This document shows, in pieces, positions 59,244 to 64,000 of a DNA stretch of 64,000 bases. Each line of letters opens with the position of its first letter. The stretch's first letter is position 1. The notes below the pieces were generated by a model, which worked only from the letters and a program-made list of their open reading frames with translations, was not told where the DNA came from and did no database searches. The translations under genes were made by a program, and so were the position numbers. Origin of the DNA: an uncultured delta proteobacterium (GTDB lineage: Bacteria; Myxococcota; B64-G9); contig CAVWHX010000004.1 in assembly GCA_963754925.1 (NCBI GenBank), positions 192,001 to 256,000 of the forward strand. Reading direction: 5' to 3'.

Positions 59244-59530
59244 AGAGGTTGTTGCGCTGGCTTGTGGTGTTGGCCGTTGTCGGCGGTCTTTGGTATGTGA
59301 CGATAGCGGTGCCCATAGGCGGGACCACGCTTCGAGAACGGGCGGGTACCTGGATTGGAAAGCTCTTCGAGACCACTCACCCTGCACCCCGACACTCACG
59401 CCAGACGGACCAAAACTCTCAACCTACCGATCAACTTACCGATACGGATCGCAAATCGCTCGACCAATTGATCGAAACCAAGTTAGAATCAGCCTCCGGC
59501 AAACCAAACGCAGCGGCCACAAAACGATAA
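59240..59530 (+). CDS. Small membrane-anchored hypothetical protein
   Basis: GGAGG SD, overlap with the previous stop, N-terminal TM, VPIGGTTL motif. Confidence 0.6.
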   Translation: MKRLLRWLVVLAVVGGLWYVTIAVPIGGTTLRERAGTWIGKLFETTHPAPRHSRQTDQNSQPTDQLTDTDRKSLDQLIETKLESASGKPNAAATKR

Positions 59531-59543
59531 CGGGCTTTTGAGG

Positions 59544-59883
59544 CTATGAATCGGGTGAGCTCGCCGCCGGTGCGGGGACCGGTGCGGGTGTCGGTGCTTG
59601 CTCGTGCTTGCTGAAAGCAGCCTTGAAGTGCTCCTCGCAGAGACCGTGCTTAAAAATCTTCTTGAGGCACTCTTTCTTTTCATTACGCTTAAGTTTTCTT
59701 GACGCCATAGTTACACGTCTTGTAACGCGGCTTAGGCAATTTTCCTTGGCGCCATTGGTGGTAGTGAACCGTACAGTAACCCTTAGCCTGGTACGGCCGT
59801 TTGCATCCGCTTATCGTACATACTTTGGCTTTTTGTACCGCTTTGGTTTTCTTTGCTTCGACATCGACGTTCTCAGTATCCAC
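59544..59883 (-). CDS. Small basic Cys/His protein (myxobacterial vegetative-protein-like), frameshift near 59695
   Basis: AAGGAGG SD; CTISGCKRP..AKGYCTVHY, then after the shift C..GLCEEH and a Pro/Ala tail. Confidence 0.6.
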
Positions 59884-60092
59884 AGCTTCCTCCTTAAACC
59901 CTCATGGATAAGACACGACCTATTATTTCAGTACTACGAGCGGCGTAGTATGTACCGCACTTGCCCTTGATGATTCAATAGAATTCATTCGCCCCACCAT
60001 AGGGTCGTTGAATGCTTGCAATTTTCAGCTTTTTGGGTAACTCTAGTAGTGCGATTCCAAAGTGATATCAAAAAAATTATCGGGGAGGTTCG

Positions 60093-63000
60093 ATGGCAGA
60101 GGAAGCGCTAACGTTGTTCTCGGCCTCGGATTTGAGACCCGGGCAACACCTGTGTTGGTTGTACGAGTCGGACGACGAATGCCGAATCGTGCTGGCTGCC
60201 TTTGCTCGCCATGGGTTGGCGCGTAATGAGAAGATCGTCTACATCGTCGATTCTCGTAGCGAAGAGGAAATCGGGCGAGTATTACGCGCCGAGGGCTTGG
60301 ACATCGAGCGCGCGTTTGATCGCGGACAGATCGATAGTTACTCGAGTGTCGACACTTTTCTTGCAGGAGGCGCCGCCGATCCAGCGCGCACGCTCGCACT
60401 CATTAGCGAGGAAAATCGACGGGCGCAGGTGGCGGGCTTTACGGCTTTGCGCATCTGTAGCGAGATGACCTGGCTGTTGCGCGAGCTGCCCGGGGTTACG
60501 CGCTGGTTGGAGTACGAAATTCGATTGCATGAGTTGGCCCGAGATGAAAAATTTCTTGCCATATGCCAGTACGATCTTCGCCGTTTTTCCTCAAAACAGT
60601 TGATCGAGGTGATCCGCAATCACCCGGTGGCCATGCTTGGCAAAACCCTCTATGAAAACTTCTACCATGTGCCGGCATACGGCGAACACCAACAGAATAT
60701 CGAGACCCTGACCCTTAATCATTGGATTGGCAACCTGGCCGAGCGTAAACAGTCCGAGCAAGAGTTAGCTCTGCGCAACCGCGAGCTGCTGACCCTCCAA
60801 CGGATATCCGAGATCGGCCTGCATACTCAATCAGTGTACGATGCCTTCCGAGAGATAGTTAAGGAAATCTCGTCGGCCACCGGATTTCCGATGGTGACCA
60901 TCGAGTCATTGGATGTCACCCGCGGCCTGATGGTGGTCGAGGGTGCGTATGGCCTCACCGGCGACGCCGGCGAGTACCACCGAGAGGTGCCTCTGACGAA
61001 AACCCTCTCCGGGCACGTGGTGGCCACGGGCCGCCCCCTGGTCGAGGCCCCCGGTGACGAGGGCAAGGAATACATCACCGATTACCTGCGCCAACGGGGA
61101 ATGCAAACCTTTATTTGTGTCCCGATGATTGTCAGCCAGCAAGCCATTGGCGCCCTCAGTCTCGGCCACCACAAGACCGTCTCCTGCGACAACCGTTTCG
61201 TTCAATGGGTGGCGAGTCTTGCCAACCACGTAGCGTTTCTCGTGGCCCGCAAACGGGCCGAGGAGGCTTTGCGAATAAGTGAAGACCGCTATCGAACGCT
61301 GGTCGAAACCTCGCCTGATGGTATTGTGTTGATTGATTTGAAGGGCAATTTCCTCGCGACCAACCATCAGTCGCTTAAACAGACCGGCTACAACAATCTC
61401 GAAGAATTTCAGGCAAGTGGGAAGAAGCCCCCCGAATTGTTTGTCGAGGAAGATCGAGAACAGGTCAACGCTGCTACCAGGCGGGCGTATCGACAAGGAT
61501 TCAGCGGGGCCAATGAGTTCCGACTGCTACGCAGGGACGGAACCATCCTGCCGGTGGAGGTAAGCACCTCGATAGTTCTCGATGCAAATAATAAACCGAA
61601 TGGTTATATCTGCGTAACGCGCGATATCACCGAGCGCAAACGCACCGAGGAGGCGCTGCGCCAGAGCGAAGAGCTCTATCGGCTGATCACCACCCACATG
61701 AGCGATGGGGTCCACCTTTTGGACTTATCCTTTCGGCCAACCTATGTCAGCCCGTCGGTCCTCCGTTTACGCGGATTCTCGTCCGATGAGATGTTCGCCT
61801 TACCGTTAGAAAAGCAGATGCCGCGACCTTCGTTGGATGCTTTTCTCAAGGTTGCCAATGATATGCTCAGCCCCCAAAACGCTGCCAATCACGAGCACGA
61901 CCTGTCGCCCACCATGGAGCTTGAGTTTTATCGCAGCGACGGTTCCACCATGTGGAGCGAGGTACACCTCGATCTGATCCGCGACGCCCGCGGGAGCCCG
62001 ATCGCTCTCTTGCTGGTTGACCGGGACATCAGCGAGCGCCGCGTGGCAGAGCACGAGAGAGACAACCTAGAAGAGCAACTCCGTCACTCCCAAAAATTAG
62101 ATGCGATTGGCCGGCTGGCAAGCGGGGTAGCGCACGACTTCAACAACATCTTGACCGGCATTCTCGGCTATTCTGAGTTGATTATCTCGACCCTGGGATC
62201 CGACCACCCCCTGGCGGAAGACACCCTGGAAATTCGGCGGGCCGCCGAGCGGGCCACGTCATTGACCCATCAACTGCTCGCCTTCAGCCGCAAGCAGCCA
62301 ATATCCCCCGACCTGCTCGACCTCAACCTGCTCGTCCAAAACTCCGAGAAGATGCTGACCCGCATCTTGGGCGAGGACCTTGATATTAAATTCTTCCCCG
62401 GCGAAGCGCTCGGGCTCGTTCGGGCCGACCCACACCAGATCGAGCAAATCCTCATCAATGTATCGGTCAACGCACGAGAGGCCATGCCCAATGGCGGCAA
62501 AATTACCATCGAGACCAACAATGTCTATTTCGACAAAGAGTATTGCCGCCGTCATCCGGATGCGACATCCGGTGACTACATCATGTTGGCCATTAGCGAT
62601 TCCGGTTGCGGGATGAGCAGTACCGTCAAGGAACACCTCTTTGAGCCGTTCTTCACCACCAAGCCAAACGGCAAGGGAACCGGCTTGGGGCTTTCCACGG
62701 TCTACGGAATTGTGAAGCAGAATAATGGCATTATCCAAGTGTATTCCGAAGTCGACGTCGGCACGACCTTTAAGATTTATTTCCCGCGCGCCATATCCGA
62801 TGGAAAGGAGGCGCCGGCGCCTCAACCAGAAAAGCAGCTGCGCGGCACTGAAACCGTTTTGGTTGTCGAAGACAATTTTCTGGTGCGCAAACTGGCGGTG
62901 CGTATCCTCAGTAACAATGGGTATCGCGTGCTCGAAGCCGTCAACAGCTTGCAGGCCTTGACGTTGAGCGATCAGTATCCTGAGCCTATTAACGTGCTCC

Positions 63001-63236
63001 TGTCGGACGTCATCATGCCTCACATGAACGGCCGCGAGTTGTATATCACGCTCCAGCAGAAACGCCCAGACATGCGGGTGCTGTTCATGTCGGGCTACAC
63101 CGATAATGTCGTCGCACACCACGGTCTCCTGGACGACCATGCCCCCTTCATTCCCAAACCGTTCAGTCCCTATTCCCTGACGGCGAAGGTGCGCGAGGTG
63201 CTCGACAAGGTCCAGGATACGACCCAGGAGCATTAA
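60093..63236 (+). CDS. MEDS-GAF-PAS-PAS hybrid sensor histidine kinase with receiver domain
   Basis: GQHLCWLY..ICQYD (MEDS), GAF, two PAS/PAC, AHDFNNILT, FFTTK..KGTGLGL, SDVIMP, KPF. Confidence 0.92.
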   Translation: MAEEALTLFSASDLRPGQHLCWLYESDDECRIVLAAFARHGLARNEKIVYIVDSRSEEEIGRVLRAEGLDIERAFDRGQIDSYSSVDTFLAGGAADPARTLALISEENRRAQVAGFTALRICSEMTWLLRELPGVTRWLEYEIRLHELARDEKFLAICQYDLRRFSSKQLIEVIRNHPVAMLGKTLYENFYHVPAYGEHQQNIETLTLNHWIGNLAERKQSEQELALRNRELLTLQRISEIGLHTQSVYDAFREIVKEISSATGFPMVTIESLDVTRGLMVVEGAYGLTGDAGEYHREVPLTKTLSGHVVATGRPLVEAPGDEGKEYITDYLRQRGMQTFICVPMIVSQQAIGALSLGHHKTVSCDNRFVQWVASLANHVAFLVARKRAEEALRISEDRYRTLVETSPDGIVLIDLKGNFLATNHQSLKQTGYNNLEEFQASGKKPPELFVEEDREQVNAATRRAYRQGFSGANEFRLLRRDGTILPVEVSTSIVLDANNKPNGYICVTRDITERKRTEEALRQSEELYRLITTHMSDGVHLLDLSFRPTYVSPSVLRLRGFSSDEMFALPLEKQMPRPSLDAFLKVANDMLSPQNAANHEHDLSPTMELEFYRSDGSTMWSEVHLDLIRDARGSPIALLLVDRDISERRVAEHERDNLEEQLRHSQKLDAIGRLASGVAHDFNNILTGILGYSELIISTLGSDHPLAEDTLEIRRAAERATSLTHQLLAFSRKQPISPDLLDLNLLVQNSEKMLTRILGEDLDIKFFPGEALGLVRADPHQIEQILINVSVNAREAMPNGGKITIETNNVYFDKEYCRRHPDATSGDYIMLAISDSGCGMSSTVKEHLFEPFFTTKPNGKGTGLGLSTVYGIVKQNNGIIQVYSEVDVGTTFKIYFPRAISDGKEAPAPQPEKQLRGTETVLVVEDNFLVRKLAVRILSNNGYRVLEAVNSLQALTLSDQYPEPINVLLSDVIMPHMNGRELYITLQQKRPDMRVLFMSGYTDNVVAHHGLLDDHAPFIPKPFSPYSLTAKVREVLDKVQDTTQEH

Positions 63237-63297
63237 GTTTTCTGACGAGATACGATGTTGGTAGGTACATCACCTCACGTACCGACGGTAAGCGCTC

Positions 63298-64000
63298 CTA
63301 GGATGCTTGGTCGTCGAGGTAGCGCACCACCCGTTGAAAGTTCTCCTCACCATGGCGCGCCAAGGTTTGGTAGCTTTCTTCAACATCAATATCGATCGCC
63401 GGGCCCAGCCGTGGGTTAACATTCAAGCGCACCGGGGTGTCGGTGAGCAGACTCAATATGAATTCTATATCGTGCTGGCCAATCAACATTCGAAACGGTC
63501 TCGACAACGAGCGAGAGATTCGATAGGTCGAGCGCGCCAAGGTCAAGGCCAGTATGGCGGTGACCAGGCCAATCAGTCCGCGAACGAAACGTATAGGCCG
63601 GCGAACTTTTCGAGAGTGACGGAGAATGCTCCGGCCAATCGCCCACCAGTTTTGCCAACTGACCCCCCCCTCGCTGGTGAGCAAATTGCGGTGGTTGTAT
63701 AGATCCTTCAGGCTTTCGTAGAGCATCGGATCGGCGCGCAGCGGCCGGACTAAAAAGAGGTTGTTGATGCGCACCGCGTGCTCACGCAAGAGGAGCGCAC
63801 CGAGCTTCAACGTCTCCAGGGCTCCAAACGCGCGCATATCCGAATGCAGCCGCTCAAGGCTTCCATGATCGACGAGACCAAAGGTCAGGGTCACGTCGGC
63901 TTCAGCCTCTGCGAGAAACGAATCGACGTCCGTTGCCCTGATAAACGGTAAATCCGAGCACATAAAGAGCGACGACACCGCAGCGGCCTCCGGGTGGCGT
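63298..64000 (-). CDS. Hypothetical protein, probably 5'-truncated by the window edge
   Basis: Open frame of at least 226 aa running towards the window end. Confidence 0.55.
   Translation of the reverse strand, partial: RHPEAAAVSSLFMCSDLPFIRATDVDSFLAEAEADVTLTFGLVDHGSLERLHSDMRAFGALETLKLGALLLREHAVRINNLFLVRPLRADPMLYESLKDLYNHRNLLTSEGGVSWQNWWAIGRSILRHSRKVRRPIRFVRGLIGLVTAILALTLARSTYRISRSLSRPFRMLIGQHDIEFILSLLTDTPVRLNVNPRLGPAIDIDVEESYQTLARHGEENFQRVVRYLDDQAS

Noticed and set aside
1727..63233. Long antisense or alternate-frame ORFs (e.g. 1727-2461, 17465-18229, 38910-39863, 52951-53658, 62259-63233)
   Set aside because: Shadows of well-supported GC-rich genes with no recognisable motifs

Overview
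This is a 64-kb chromosomal window from a GC-rich Gram-negative bacterium with Deltaproteobacteria/Myxococcota-like gene content (inferred from gene families). It carries a complete type II secretion operon (gspCDEFGHIJKLMN, minus strand) behind a sigma54 promoter with an IHF site and a candidate enhancer. Housekeeping and metabolic genes include a glgD-like/glgC pair, a Gfo/Idh/MocA gene, lpxB, a GT39 glycosyltransferase, tldD, acyl-CoA dehydrogenase, enoyl-CoA hydratase, a divergent EF-G paralogue, tRNA-Val, tRNA-Asp, purN, a split purH, rho-rpmE-DUF1385-prfA-prmC, a lytic transglycosylase and a MEDS-GAF-PAS hybrid kinase. Accessory content includes a ParD-like/zeta-like toxin-antitoxin pair, a Ser/Thr kinase-PEGA pair, a DUF2844/DUF3443 pair and gene remnants. 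At least a dozen single-base frameshifts hit otherwise intact genes, including rho, and are most likely consensus errors. The best unexplained signals are (1) a dispersed family of modular 40-60 bp hairpins with covarying stems, a fixed TT/TTA internal loop and YTAG ends that overlap stop codons, (2) a structured 5' leader before the glycogen genes that partly resembles c-di-GMP-I riboswitches, (3) a zeta-like kinase TA module inside a lipid A locus, and (4) three unrelated exported proteins that share one C-terminal architecture. All family assignments come from motif recognition only; no searches were run.
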